64,000 nucleotides of DNA from a virus. Shown here piece after piece: positions 20,057-29,911 of this stretch. The notes beneath the pieces are model-generated. The model did no database searches and was not told where the DNA came from. It saw only the letters and a list, made by a program, of their open reading frames with translations. A program made the translations under genes and the position numbers. Position 1 is the first letter of the stretch; the number at the start of each line of letters is the position of its first letter. The DNA is taken from positions 32,001 to 96,000 of IMG/VR virus record IMGVR_UViG_3300027782_000032. One strand, written 5' to 3'.

Positions 20057-21457
20057 CTACTCCTTATCTTCTTTAGGGCCTTTAAATCCCTTTCGTTCAT
20101 CTATGCTGCTGTTTATTGATTTAATTCTACTGTTAGACGGAGAGTCTTTTCCAAAGGCGTTGTCTGCTCTGTAAGACTGTGTCTCTCCTCTTGTGTTTTC
20201 CATATCTAACATTTGCTGAACGTCAGAAGGATCAATAGCAGAGGTTCCACCTACCAAACGCTTTCTAAGAAGAGGTCGCATAATAGCAGTGTTTGTGGTG
20301 GTGTCTGGAGCTATGCTGCTAATTTCATTAAAGTGGAATGCCACGTCTTCAGGGTGGTACCCGCCTATGATTTCGTCGTTAGCCATTAAGTCAGATATAG
20401 CTGCGCTAGCTCTAATGTTCTTTAGAGTCATATCTTGAGCTATCTGATCGTTTCTAAATTTGTATTCGTTTGAATCTCTAGAAACTGTCTTGTCTTTAGG
20501 CTCGCTTTGGACAAAGTTGTAAGCGCTATTAAACATACCCTTATTCTTGTCCCACAGCTTACCAGCAGACTTATTCAAACCGTCTAAGACTGAACCTGTG
20601 TTAGAACCAGGAAGGTCTTCAGAGAAAGCAGCTGACAGGGCAGACCCGATAACCTTTTTAAGGTGATCAACTGCTGCCTTCTTATTCAAGTGAACTTCAG
20701 CGTGCTTAATGCAATCTTTTATAAGACTGTAAGGAGCTTGTGAAAGCTCAACTGGAGCCATAATGTCTGACAGTGTGCCAGCTTGTTTACGAAACGCTTT
20801 GTTTGAAATAGCAAGTATGTTGAGAAGTGACTCTGCCTTCTTTCCAAACAACCTAACGCTGTTTTCTTTGGCGACGCTAAATGGAACGCCTCCAAAAGTT
20901 CTAAAGTAAGTAGCAATCTTGGTGATGCCGTCCATCATCATATCTTTGCTATGAGCAGAATCCATTCTAAGCTTTTCAGAGTCTCTACCCATTTTTTCAA
21001 TAAGTGAGCTGATTACTCTGGTTTTTCCAAGGCTGTCTTGAGCTAATGTAGCATACTTGCCTTGGTCTGAAGCTAACTTACCAAGAGGCTTAAGTTCAAA
21101 CTTAGGTTGAACAGGTGGCCTTTTGTAAGCGTCGGATATTGCGCCTTCCTTGATCATAGAAGCGGCGGTCTTAACAGAGTCTGGATAAACCAAACCTATT
21201 ACCGTTTTCAAGTCTGCCAGATCGAACTCTGCCAGCTTTTCAAGAGGGTCTGATCCTGCTTGGCGGTGTGCCTCACTCCTTCCAGTATTGAATGCCCTTA
21301 CCATAAGCTCTAAGTGACCTACGGGTACACCGTAGGCTGAGGCTGTTTTGGCAATGGCTTCATTAGGCGAAGAGCCTGAGTTTACAAGCTCAGCTGCCTC
21401 GCTTAAGGAGTCGGTTATTCTACTTTCAGATTCTTTACTGAGCCCTTGTGTCGCCAT
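20057..21457 (-). CDS. Hypothetical head-associated protein
   Basis: 466 aa; AKTAS, VKTAA, GKLAS, RKQAG, NKSAG motifs. Confidence 0.5.
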   Translation of the reverse strand: MATQGLSKESESRITDSLSEAAELVNSGSSPNEAIAKTASAYGVPVGHLELMVRAFNTGRSEAHRQAGSDPLEKLAEFDLADLKTVIGLVYPDSVKTAASMIKEGAISDAYKRPPVQPKFELKPLGKLASDQGKYATLAQDSLGKTRVISSLIEKMGRDSEKLRMDSAHSKDMMMDGITKIATYFRTFGGVPFSVAKENSVRLFGKKAESLLNILAISNKAFRKQAGTLSDIMAPVELSQAPYSLIKDCIKHAEVHLNKKAAVDHLKKVIGSALSAAFSEDLPGSNTGSVLDGLNKSAGKLWDKNKGMFNSAYNFVQSEPKDKTVSRDSNEYKFRNDQIAQDMTLKNIRASAAISDLMANDEIIGGYHPEDVAFHFNEISSIAPDTTTNTAIMRPLLRKRLVGGTSAIDPSDVQQMLDMENTRGETQSYRADNAFGKDSPSNSRIKSINSSIDERKGFKGPKEDKE

Positions 21458-22382
21458 CGGCTTTGGCCTCCGGTAATATAGTGCCTACTAGACTTTCCAA
21501 TATGGTCGTATCCCCGTTAGCTATCATCATGGCCTCATCGGCCCTAGGCTCCGCTGCGTTGACATCTTGCCCAACCCAGCTGAGTGTATTCTTGCTATTA
21601 GCGTTAGATCCAGTAGTTACTACAGTGGACATAGCGTTCATAACATAATTAAGAATGTTGCCATTATCAGACGTGCTCTTGTAAGCAGACGACTCTGACG
21701 CCATTTCTTGTTCCTTCTGATGCATCTGTAGCAGTTGTAACTGATTCCAGCTGTTGGGTGCAACAATTTTCGAGCTGTGTAGGTTCTTTCTTAAAAGATT
21801 TGAAGCTATCTCTTCACTAGCCCATATATTGATCTCTGCGTCAGCTCTGTTGTGTATGAGCCACTCTAATTTTGAAGGTCCGTATAGGTAAGCATATACC
21901 TTCCACAGGACGTCTAAGTCTCGTTCAGATGCACCGAAGAACGCGTTCTTTCCAATAGCAAAGTTCATAATCCAAGAAGCGTTGTCTAGTCTATCTGATA
22001 CGTTGAAGAATAAGCTCTCGTACCATTTGATGCATTTTGCAGACAGACCTGATATCTCAGTAATTGTAACTATGTCTGTTCTAGCAAGAATTCTAGCTTC
22101 AAGCTCCCAACGCATAATTTTTGCTTCTGGCTGAGTGTACAGTTCGTAAGCGTCCGCAAGGGCTTGGTTAGGTAAGCACTTTATACAGTACTCCCATGAG
22201 TTCTCTACTTTATTAAGTAACCTAGCGAATTTCCAAGCTGCTTGAACAAACTTATCATCGTTAAACCTGTCTGGCTGCTTTTTGTTGTCAAACAGAGCAT
22301 TAGCTCGACGCCAGCGCCAATCAACTGGCCTTACTGGGCTTGTCTTTCTAAGGTTAACGTATTCAGAAATGCTTGCTTCCAT
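21435..22382 (-). CDS. Hypothetical protein
   Basis: Start refined to the ATG overlapping the upstream stop (TAATG at 22380-22384). Confidence 0.55.
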   Translation of the reverse strand: MEASISEYVNLRKTSPVRPVDWRWRRANALFDNKKQPDRFNDDKFVQAAWKFARLLNKVENSWEYCIKCLPNQALADAYELYTQPEAKIMRWELEARILARTDIVTITEISGLSAKCIKWYESLFFNVSDRLDNASWIMNFAIGKNAFFGASERDLDVLWKVYAYLYGPSKLEWLIHNRADAEINIWASEEIASNLLRKNLHSSKIVAPNSWNQLQLLQMHQKEQEMASESSAYKSTSDNGNILNYVMNAMSTVVTTGSNANSKNTLSWVGQDVNAAEPRADEAMMIANGDTTILESLVGTILPEAKADGDTRAQ

Positions 22383-22813
22383 TAGCCTACGTCGCTCCAA
22401 CCAGACAAGGCTATGTCCCAAGTAGCTGAACCAGTACCTGAAGGATGTATTTGAATATAGATCTTTCGCTTTCTATCAGACAATGGGCCATCGTAGTTCT
22501 TGTAAGCCTTGCCGTAATCGTCGATTATTGTTAGGAGCTCTCCGGATGTTCCAGAGGCCTGAGCAAATACTCTGTACAGCTCTTGATCTGCAGAGTAGTC
22601 TCCGCCAACCTCGTCACCACCAGAAGACGACCCGTCTAAAAACGCCTTCTTAGAGTTAAAGACATCAACAGTAAAGTTAACAAGTGCGCCGCCGCCCACT
22701 TGCTTTACTATGATTTTCTTTATGAAACCTTCAGAGAAGAACCCAAGCTCTAGCTGGGTGGTCTCGCCTTTAGGTGCGCTTATGCTTCTATAATGCTTTT
22801 CGTATATACGCAT
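22382..22813 (-). CDS. Hypothetical beta-rich protein
   Basis: 143 aa with SD GGAG; co-oriented and coupled. Confidence 0.55.
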   Translation of the reverse strand: MRIYEKHYRSISAPKGETTQLELGFFSEGFIKKIIVKQVGGGALVNFTVDVFNSKKAFLDGSSSGGDEVGGDYSADQELYRVFAQASGTSGELLTIIDDYGKAYKNYDGPLSDRKRKIYIQIHPSGTGSATWDIALSGWSDVG

Positions 22814-22824
22814 TTCTAGCTCCG

Positions 22825-25302
22825 TTACACGTTGTTGTCGTCTAGGCTGATGCCTTCGTCAGGGTACGAGTCAATAGTCTTCTGCTTGAGGAACAATAAC
22901 AAGTCTCCGAGCTGTTCAAAAGAGTTCCTAAGATTGTCTTCAAGCTCAGGAATGTCTTTCTTACCATATCGGTCTTCGAACTTGTCTTTGTGCCAATAGA
23001 AACTAAAGAGAATACGTCCAATCTTGTCTAGCCCGCCCATAAGGTCACCCAAGTGGCGATCTACCATTGTGTCATCGCGAACAGACTTGATTAAGGTACC
23101 GATCATAGAAGTATCAAACACTTCTTTCTGACCAGACTGAGCAGCGTTGTAGCCGATAGCCATAGTATTTGGATCAGGAAGCCTTGGGTCATATACGGCT
23201 GAGTTAGCCTGAAGAGACTGGCTGTTCATCGCAGGCAGAGACTGTTGCTGAGGGTATGACGACTGCACACTTCCTAACAACGTAGACTCCATACCTGTTG
23301 GAGGAGTAGGAAAAGCAGGAGCAGAGGTAGTGCCCTGCATTGATTGGTCTATTTGGTCGCCTGGAGCTGCTGACTTTATTAAGTCGCCTGCATCCTCTTT
23401 GACCGGCTTGTGTACTCTATAGTTAGCAACTTTGTTTTGCTTAGCTTCTTCCAAAATACATCGAGCTTGCTTCTCACGCAGAGCAACGTCTCGTACTAGA
23501 TGGATAAGCGCTTCCTTGGGTTCTAGAACTCTACCATTAACAGATACCTCAGAGCCAGTGTGCCTGACGTTTAAAGAGGCTGTCTTTTGATAGATAGCGT
23601 GCTGAAGGTCAGTAAGATTTCCAGGGACGATAGAGCCGTCACCTGTGCAACAATCACCTGACAACTTTATCATTTTAAAATTACCAGGAATATAAAGGTC
23701 TCCCTTAATAGCTTTGATACGGGAGCCTGGTTTATCAGTTACGTACAGCTTACGTCCGCCGCCTATTACATTGTTACTGTAACCATGGTCGTCACAACCA
23801 TCGCTTACTTTAGATTTTGGAAGATAGGACGGCTTCTGCTGTGAAGCAGAGTCGTGATAAAGTACTCTGTAGTTCTTAGTGCCGTCAGACGCACTGTCTG
23901 TCTTAAGTACTTCAAAGGGAACGCTAGCGTCTCCACTTTCGCTGACTGCCATGTAAATACCGCCCTTTGTTAACGAGGACGATTCTGGAAGCTTCTCAAA
24001 AAACTTAGCATAGCTGTCACCGCTAGTTTTGCTTTCTGGTGAGTCTTGTCCGCCATCTCTTGGTGGTCTGGTAAACAGATTACCTGGATGGCTGTTGATC
24101 CAACTTTTTTCTCCCTCGTAGTTAACTACTGTGGCGAAGTCTTGCCTTCCAGAAGGTCCGTGAGGCATTAGGAAGATTACAGTCTTTAACATTGAGAAAG
24201 GAGAAACAAGAAGGTCGTAAACTCCAGTAGTTGGAGGATTTTCTATTGAGGTTGGCTCTTGAATTCTGTAAGCGATAGATGCTTCATCTTTGGTTCTAGC
24301 ATCCCTAAAGATAACTCCATCAGTAAGAAGCTTTTTCTTATCTGGTTCTGAAGAATCCATAATGTCTTCTGAGCCGTTAGATGAAGAATTAAAGCTTCTT
24401 ACAATAATAGTAAGAGCCTGCTTCTCTTGATGTCTTAGCTGTACGGTGTCTTCAGCGAGAACGCCTGGCTCTGTTAACGTGCCAAGCTTGGCAACTGCAT
24501 CTTTAAGAAAGTCATTACCGCATGTACTATCAATAGCTTCTGCCATCTTAGGAAACCGTTGACAGATATCGATAATGCCTTTTACAAGCTCTCGGTAAGC
24601 ACTTTTACTATGAGAAGCTTCTTTATTTAGAAATGATTTTAGAGTAATTGTCTTAGCGAACTTAGGATCGTGCACAGGGTTAGAGCAAGCGAACTTAGCG
24701 AAAGCTCTTACACCTTCCATCATCTCATCAGAGTCATCAGCAGGCTTGTTAGCCGAAGCGAACTTAGCTGGAGGTCTGCTAAACGCTTGAAGGTCAGGAG
24801 TAAGGAAGCCAAGACGGCCCATGTTCTGGTCGGTCTTCTTGCCAAGGCTGGCTGGCTTACGGCGTAGAATGTAGTTAAGCCAGTTTTCTTTAAGAGGTAC
24901 GAATTGATCTTGGTCTTTAAGATAAAGCAGCTCATGACCCTTAAGGTCGCCATTAATAAAGAACACTGGCGCATACAGCCACTGGCTGCCAACTTTAAAA
25001 CCAAACAGACCAACTGCTTTGGTGTTGTCTTCGTTGCGCTCCATAAGCTCAAAGCCTACTTCGTAGTCTAGAAGTCCTGGGGCTTTGTCTTTTAAATAAG
25101 CGTGTGCAAGATTGCTGAAAGCCTGTTCAAACTGAGTATCATTGCCTTCGCCTCCAAGTTCAGCTTGCTTAACAAGCCCTTTAACTAAAGAAGGTAACTC
25201 AAGTAAAAACGACTTATTGTTATTGCTCATATTTCTTAACCTTCCATGGCTTAGAAAGTAACACAGAGCCATTATGCTCTTTATTGGTTCACTCTGCAAC
25301 AA
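22825..25302 (-). CDS. Large hypothetical head-associated protein (start may be ATG 25230)
   Basis: 825 aa; VKQAE, AKFAS, EKQAL, QKTAS, IKSAA motifs. Confidence 0.55.
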   Translation of the reverse strand: MLQSEPIKSIMALCYFLSHGRLRNMSNNNKSFLLELPSLVKGLVKQAELGGEGNDTQFEQAFSNLAHAYLKDKAPGLLDYEVGFELMERNEDNTKAVGLFGFKVGSQWLYAPVFFINGDLKGHELLYLKDQDQFVPLKENWLNYILRRKPASLGKKTDQNMGRLGFLTPDLQAFSRPPAKFASANKPADDSDEMMEGVRAFAKFACSNPVHDPKFAKTITLKSFLNKEASHSKSAYRELVKGIIDICQRFPKMAEAIDSTCGNDFLKDAVAKLGTLTEPGVLAEDTVQLRHQEKQALTIIVRSFNSSSNGSEDIMDSSEPDKKKLLTDGVIFRDARTKDEASIAYRIQEPTSIENPPTTGVYDLLVSPFSMLKTVIFLMPHGPSGRQDFATVVNYEGEKSWINSHPGNLFTRPPRDGGQDSPESKTSGDSYAKFFEKLPESSSLTKGGIYMAVSESGDASVPFEVLKTDSASDGTKNYRVLYHDSASQQKPSYLPKSKVSDGCDDHGYSNNVIGGGRKLYVTDKPGSRIKAIKGDLYIPGNFKMIKLSGDCCTGDGSIVPGNLTDLQHAIYQKTASLNVRHTGSEVSVNGRVLEPKEALIHLVRDVALREKQARCILEEAKQNKVANYRVHKPVKEDAGDLIKSAAPGDQIDQSMQGTTSAPAFPTPPTGMESTLLGSVQSSYPQQQSLPAMNSQSLQANSAVYDPRLPDPNTMAIGYNAAQSGQKEVFDTSMIGTLIKSVRDDTMVDRHLGDLMGGLDKIGRILFSFYWHKDKFEDRYGKKDIPELEDNLRNSFEQLGDLLLFLKQKTIDSYPDEGISLDDNNV

Positions 25303-25334
25303 TTACAGGTGATTATTATCAATAATGCTCTTAA

Positions 25335-25691
25335 TTATCTAGGCCGCATACTGAGAATATTTTCAGTTAAGCTTCCGCTCTTCATAAGCTCAAGCATGAC
25401 CTCTGCCATCTTAGCATAATTATTACCTTGGGTGTTAGTGGAGACGTCTCCACTACTTTGAGCCACTGCTGCTGCTTGATTTGACACAGGCGGCAGCATC
25501 GTAGAAGGGGCCATAAGAGCTGGCGAAGTGTTAACGTTCTTTACATCTTGAGGTGATGGTTTTTCTGATTTTGCTGCAGATAAAGATGGTGAAGCCCCTG
25601 CAGAAGGAATGGTGGGAGCAGTCAATGGCTTTAAAGCTGAAGGCTTACTAGGCTGACCCATGTTAGCCCACTTGTGTATAAAGTCGCTCAT
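25335..25691 (-). CDS. Small Pro/Ser-rich hypothetical protein
   Basis: 118 aa, coupled to the stop of the RNAP beta'-C gene. Confidence 0.55.
   Translation of the reverse strand: MSDFIHKWANMGQPSKPSALKPLTAPTIPSAGASPSLSAAKSEKPSPQDVKNVNTSPALMAPSTMLPPVSNQAAAVAQSSGDVSTNTQGNNYAKMAEVMLELMKSGSLTENILSMRPR
25436..25455. repeat. Dispersed palindrome copy 4 (20-bp perfect: TAGTGGAGACGTCTCCACTA)
   Basis: Core at 25438-25453; encodes SGDVST. Confidence 0.95.
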
Positions 25692-27610
25692 TATAAAACT
25701 CCGTCATTTTCAATTGGTTTAAGTATTTCACTCTTAGGTTTTTCTACTTTAAATCCTTTTACTGGACCGCTCTTACCAAAGTCTACAGCCTTGGCTAATG
25801 ACGGCACATAGGACGTGCCCTTCTCGTCGCTTACCGCACCACGATGCACGGCATTTAAAGTTGACTTTCTAAGATTGCTTCCAAGCATTCTAGTCATCCA
25901 GTCTGGGTCATGCTGAAGGTTTTCCAAACCCCTAACGAAGTGAGCTTCAAACGGAGCAGGGTCTTTGTGAACAGTAATCTTAGAGACACCAAACTCATTT
26001 AAGTCTTTTATCATAGAAGGCTTGATAGGAGTCCCTATACTGTAGTGCAGCACGGGCTGCTCAAGGTATTTACCAATAGCTTCTCTTGGATTTACTATGG
26101 TATGTCCTTCTCTAGGTTCCCAATCGTGTTCTACCGAGTCATAAGGTACGACGTCGTCTGGAGCGTACTGCTTGTACTCATCGCTCATCTTGACGTGATT
26201 GATAAGGCCTTTCGACATGACTTCTATGTTGCGTCTGTTTCCAGACATGCCTGCGCCTTTCATGGCTCCTTTAAAGGCTTGTACAAACTGACGCCTACCT
26301 TCACCTATTCCTTTGAACCTAGTAAGCATAGCAGGGTTGGCAATACCGTCAGACAATGTGTCCCCAGCCTCTACTACATCGTTAAGCTTCACAGACAAGT
26401 TTACTCCAGGGTTTACGTGGTGCTCAACTCCGTCTATCGCTATGAATGTGCCACCTGTAGGAGCTTCTTTAATTCCAGTAACCTTACCATCACGCTGAGC
26501 ATGAGCTGCCCAGTAAGGAGACTGCTTAGGTGATTGAACAAGCTGGTTTAAGTGTTTAAAGCCTGAGACTGCCCCAGCTGCTCCAGCTACTCCACCTGTG
26601 TGCTTAGAGCTTAGCTGACCTTGAGAAATAGGCTCGGATAGAGCTTGCATAGCGGCAATACCTATGGCGTCGCCTATTGGAGCAAAGCTGCCTCTTTCCC
26701 TTATGCCTAAATCTCTAGAGTATAGCCCTCCGTCAGGAGCTCCAGTTGCTATAGGGCTTCTTACTAAGAGCCTTTTTACGTTGTTAGCCTTTAAGTCTTT
26801 TATAACTCTAGGTGTAAGCACGGTGTTTCTAGCATAGCCCCCAGCTGCCATAGCTAGAAGCGCGCCTTCGTTATCATCATCCTCTATGTCTACAGGAAGT
26901 CCACGGCTTTCAAACCGTTTAGGATCGTCAGCGTCGTCACCTACGACAACCATTCTATGACCTATCTGATTTAGCTGTTTTGAAAAGAATCCAGCGTCCA
27001 TTGTTGCGAACTTAGTATCAGCAACTCCTTTACGGGCACCGAATGCTCCAGCAAAGTACTCAGCAGGATTTAAGCCTTTAGAGTATGAGTTGAACACAGG
27101 AATGGGAATAGCATTATCGTGATGATCGGTGTAGAGTAGATCTCCACCTCTAAGGCTTTTAAGGTTCATCGGCTTACCACGCGACCCTGACTGAATCTGT
27201 CTAGCTAGCTGGTTACCTTCTCGTAGTGAGTCATCAAATATGCCTTTTTCCATACCGCTTTGAGCATTGTTAAGCAGCTCAATCATACTACTATTTTTAG
27301 TGTCTTCATCTATTCTAGAGTTTCTCATTATTCCATCTATAGCTAGCTTTAGCTTAGCCTTAGCGTCTATAGAGTGATTAGACTCCCTTAGGTCTTTTAG
27401 TCCGAATGAAAATCCTCCACTGTTATAAGACACATCTCTACCGATATCAAAAAGCTTCTTTGATATGTCTTTGTACTTCTCTGGATGATTTTGAGCTATG
27501 ATCTGCATAAGCGAAGCAGAAGCTTTTGAATCTAAAGATCTGGTGTAATCTCTTAGCTCTGCAGGAAGGGCGTCGTTAACCATGATCTGACCTATGGTGG
27601 TCTTAAGCAT
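25691..27610 (-). CDS. rpoC: Multisubunit RNA polymerase, C-terminal half of beta' (bridge helix, trigger loop)
   Basis: SGSRG; GLNPAEYFAGAFGARKGVADT...AGFFSKQL (bridge helix); GDAIGIAAMQALSEPISQGQLSSKHTGG (trigger loop). Confidence 0.93.
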   Translation of the reverse strand: MLKTTIGQIMVNDALPAELRDYTRSLDSKASASLMQIIAQNHPEKYKDISKKLFDIGRDVSYNSGGFSFGLKDLRESNHSIDAKAKLKLAIDGIMRNSRIDEDTKNSSMIELLNNAQSGMEKGIFDDSLREGNQLARQIQSGSRGKPMNLKSLRGGDLLYTDHHDNAIPIPVFNSYSKGLNPAEYFAGAFGARKGVADTKFATMDAGFFSKQLNQIGHRMVVVGDDADDPKRFESRGLPVDIEDDDNEGALLAMAAGGYARNTVLTPRVIKDLKANNVKRLLVRSPIATGAPDGGLYSRDLGIRERGSFAPIGDAIGIAAMQALSEPISQGQLSSKHTGGVAGAAGAVSGFKHLNQLVQSPKQSPYWAAHAQRDGKVTGIKEAPTGGTFIAIDGVEHHVNPGVNLSVKLNDVVEAGDTLSDGIANPAMLTRFKGIGEGRRQFVQAFKGAMKGAGMSGNRRNIEVMSKGLINHVKMSDEYKQYAPDDVVPYDSVEHDWEPREGHTIVNPREAIGKYLEQPVLHYSIGTPIKPSMIKDLNEFGVSKITVHKDPAPFEAHFVRGLENLQHDPDWMTRMLGSNLRKSTLNAVHRGAVSDEKGTSYVPSLAKAVDFGKSGPVKGFKVEKPKSEILKPIENDGVL

Positions 27611-27612
27611 GA

Positions 27613-27831
27613 TTAAGCTCCTATGTTTATTTTCTTAACAATAGGAGGATTAATTCCATATTGCCTTAATATTTCTGTAAAACCATTATCTGCAGCTGTG
27701 TAGCAGATAATGGTGCTGTTTGGATTCTCTAGAAACAAGGCTATAGGATTACTGTCTTTATCGTAAACAACTATCCTTGTAGCTTTAACAACTGGACTAA
27801 CATCAAACAAGTTGTGGTAATCAAGAAACAT
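27613..27831 (-). CDS. Small hypothetical protein
   Basis: 72 aa filling the gap between co-oriented genes. Confidence 0.5.
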   Translation of the reverse strand: MFLDYHNLFDVSPVVKATRIVVYDKDSNPIALFLENPNSTIICYTAADNGFTEILRQYGINPPIVKKINIGA

Positions 27832-27835
27832 GATA

Positions 27836-28492
27836 CTAGTCTTTCTTAAGTCTTAGTAAATGAAGAATGCCTGCTGCCTTTTCACTTACGCTGAAGTTGT
27901 CAGCCGCTGTCTTCATAGGCTGAGCTCCTTGACTTGGAGCACCGCTTGGACCTTGCTGTTGTCCGTCAGAGCCCTGCTGCCCCTTAGGGTCATCAAGAAT
28001 ATCATGAGGCAAGTTAAGCCCTAAGGATGAGTAAAGATGAGTCATGAGCTTTTGAATGCGGTGCATGTACACCTCAGTCTGAGCTCCGTCATTCTTCTTT
28101 GCAGCTCCCTTACCGCCGCCTTTAGCCTCAGCCATAGCTCGCTGCATTTCGTCTTTTACAACTGACCTGATTTGTTCTGTAGGATCAGGAGGAGCACCGC
28201 CCATAGAAGGGTCCATAGGAGGGGCACCACCAGCAGCGGCTGGGTCCATAGGAGGAGCACCACCAGCCATAGCAGGATCCATTGGAGGGGCACCACCGGC
28301 CATAGCTGGGTCCATAGGAGGAGCACCGCCAGCCATAGCAGGATCCATTGGAGGAGCTCCTTGTGGAGGAGCGCCGCCCATAGAAGGATCCATTGGAGGA
28401 GCGCCTGGAGGAGCCCCTGCTTGTTCTGGAGGCATGAATGCCTGCTTGACTCTAAGCTGTGCCTGCTTCAAAAGATACTTATTGATAGCCAT
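27836..28492 (-). CDS. Pro/Gly/Met-rich repeat protein
   Basis: 218 aa; tandem GGAPPMDPAMA-type repeats; LKQA, VKQA, MKTAA motifs. Confidence 0.65.
   Translation of the reverse strand: MAINKYLLKQAQLRVKQAFMPPEQAGAPPGAPPMDPSMGGAPPQGAPPMDPAMAGGAPPMDPAMAGGAPPMDPAMAGGAPPMDPAAAGGAPPMDPSMGGAPPDPTEQIRSVVKDEMQRAMAEAKGGGKGAAKKNDGAQTEVYMHRIQKLMTHLYSSLGLNLPHDILDDPKGQQGSDGQQQGPSGAPSQGAQPMKTAADNFSVSEKAAGILHLLRLKKD
28181..28435 (-). repeat. In-frame ~33-bp tandem repeats (GGAPPMDPAMA)
   Basis: About six imperfect 11-aa units; related units at 16574-16672. Confidence 0.85.
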
Positions 28493-28512
28493 GTTGATTA
28501 CCTTATTTATTA

Positions 28513-29061
28513 TTATCGAGGTTCTGCGTCTAACGCTGGCATGTTGACCTGCTTATTTTGCAAGTTATACTTTTCGTATGGGTCTAAGTAGCTGTGGGCT
28601 AGGTTTACTGGAGGAGCAATGTAATCTGAAGCATTATTAACATTACCTGACAAGTACATATCTCGGTCAGCACCTGTACGGCCCATGCCAAGTCTAATTG
28701 CGGCTTCATTAATACCGGCGCCGCCTAAGGCACCGACACCGCCACCAGCAAGAGCACCGCGGCCAAGTCGGCCAAGAATGCCTACGCCTTTCTTTCGTTT
28801 ACCAAAAAGAGCGTTGCCTATGCCGCCAACGCCAGCGCCTACGCCACCACCCAAGATAGCTGCTTGAGCTGTTGGATCAAGCCCTTTGTAATAATCTAAA
28901 GCGTTGTTACCAAGACCTTTTAACCCTGACATTGCGCTGTCACCAAGGCCTTTAAGGCTGTCCATCATGCCTTCGCCAATTGCTTGTTTTACAAGCATGC
29001 CGTTTTTACGACCTAGATAAGCAGCAAGTTTAGTTGATCGTTCGATTCTAGCGAAGTCCAT
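28513..29061 (-). CDS. Glycine-zipper protein, putative ejection protein
   Basis: ILGGGVGAGVGGIG and GALAGGGVGALGGAG; N-leader TKLAAYLG...VKQA. Confidence 0.5.
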   Translation of the reverse strand: MDFARIERSTKLAAYLGRKNGMLVKQAIGEGMMDSLKGLGDSAMSGLKGLGNNALDYYKGLDPTAQAAILGGGVGAGVGGIGNALFGKRKKGVGILGRLGRGALAGGGVGALGGAGINEAAIRLGMGRTGADRDMYLSGNVNNASDYIAPPVNLAHSYLDPYEKYNLQNKQVNMPALDAEPR

Positions 29062-29141
29062 TTCACAATCTCCATGTGGTATATAGTAAAGCCGTTAGAC
29101 AAGTTTAACCTACGATTAATAGCTATTGCTATAGCAAATAG

Positions 29142-29780
29142 CTATCCTACCAGTAAAGGCGCAGCTCTCCTAAGCAATTCAGGTCTTAGAAGGCCGTAGT
29201 CTTTTAGTACTTTAGATGTAGCCAGTAAGTCTTTGTTATGGTTACCAGCACTGTAAAGACCCAGCGCTCCACCCATAGCTGCAGGAGCCAAAGTAGCTGC
29301 TATAGATGTTGACAGAGGCTGCCCTGTTAACCTACTAGCAAGAAGACCTCCAAGGCCACCTAAGCCTGCGTATCCAGCGGCTCTAAGTGTAGGATTAGCT
29401 CTGTGCTTTGAGAAGTCGTACTTTTCAGAAGGGTCATCTTGAAGACGTCCTAGCATTCCACTTAGAGCAGGTCTGCTTATACCGTAGTTGTCCAAGTCTT
29501 CGTCAGTTGGATTAACCATGTTTCTAGCTTGGTCCATCATTGACATTGCTTCTGGCATTCTGTCAGGACCTGGCCTCATCCTTGTAGCAAGCTGCATGTT
29601 ACGAGCTGACTTCTCGGATGTTAGCTTATCCCAGTTTTTCTTGTCTGGGTAAGCTTCACTGCCTGGCTTGGCTGGAGGTGCTCCCCTTTTCTTTTTTGCT
29701 TGAACGTTAGCCCACAAGCCTGGGTTGCTCTCTGATGCAGCTGATTTAAAAAACAAATTATGCAGTCCTTGCAAGCTCAT
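29142..29780 (-). CDS. Glycine-zipper protein, putative ejection protein
   Basis: AAGYAGLGGLGGLLA and AAMGGALGLYSAG; FKSAA, EKSA; start refined to the ATG after GGAG. Confidence 0.5.
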   Translation of the reverse strand: MSLQGLHNLFFKSAASESNPGLWANVQAKKKRGAPPAKPGSEAYPDKKNWDKLTSEKSARNMQLATRMRPGPDRMPEAMSMMDQARNMVNPTDEDLDNYGISRPALSGMLGRLQDDPSEKYDFSKHRANPTLRAAGYAGLGGLGGLLASRLTGQPLSTSIAATLAPAAMGGALGLYSAGNHNKDLLATSKVLKDYGLLRPELLRRAAPLLVG

Positions 29781-29802
29781 AGTAGTCTCCAAAGTTTAAT
29801 AA

Positions 29803-29900
29803 CCCAGCTGAAAAGACTTCGTCGCTCTGACGCACTTCCGCTTCGAGCGTCGATTAGTCCCAGGAGAGTGCTAAAACAGGCCCTAGCCTTTCCAGCTAAG
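29803..29900 (-). ncRNA. Candidate structured cis-regulatory RNA (multibranch)
   Basis: 13-bp closing stem with 3 G-U pairs on the minus strand only; two internal stem-loops; ends ~12 nt before the next SD. Confidence 0.45.
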
Positions 29901-29911
29901 TACATATAATA

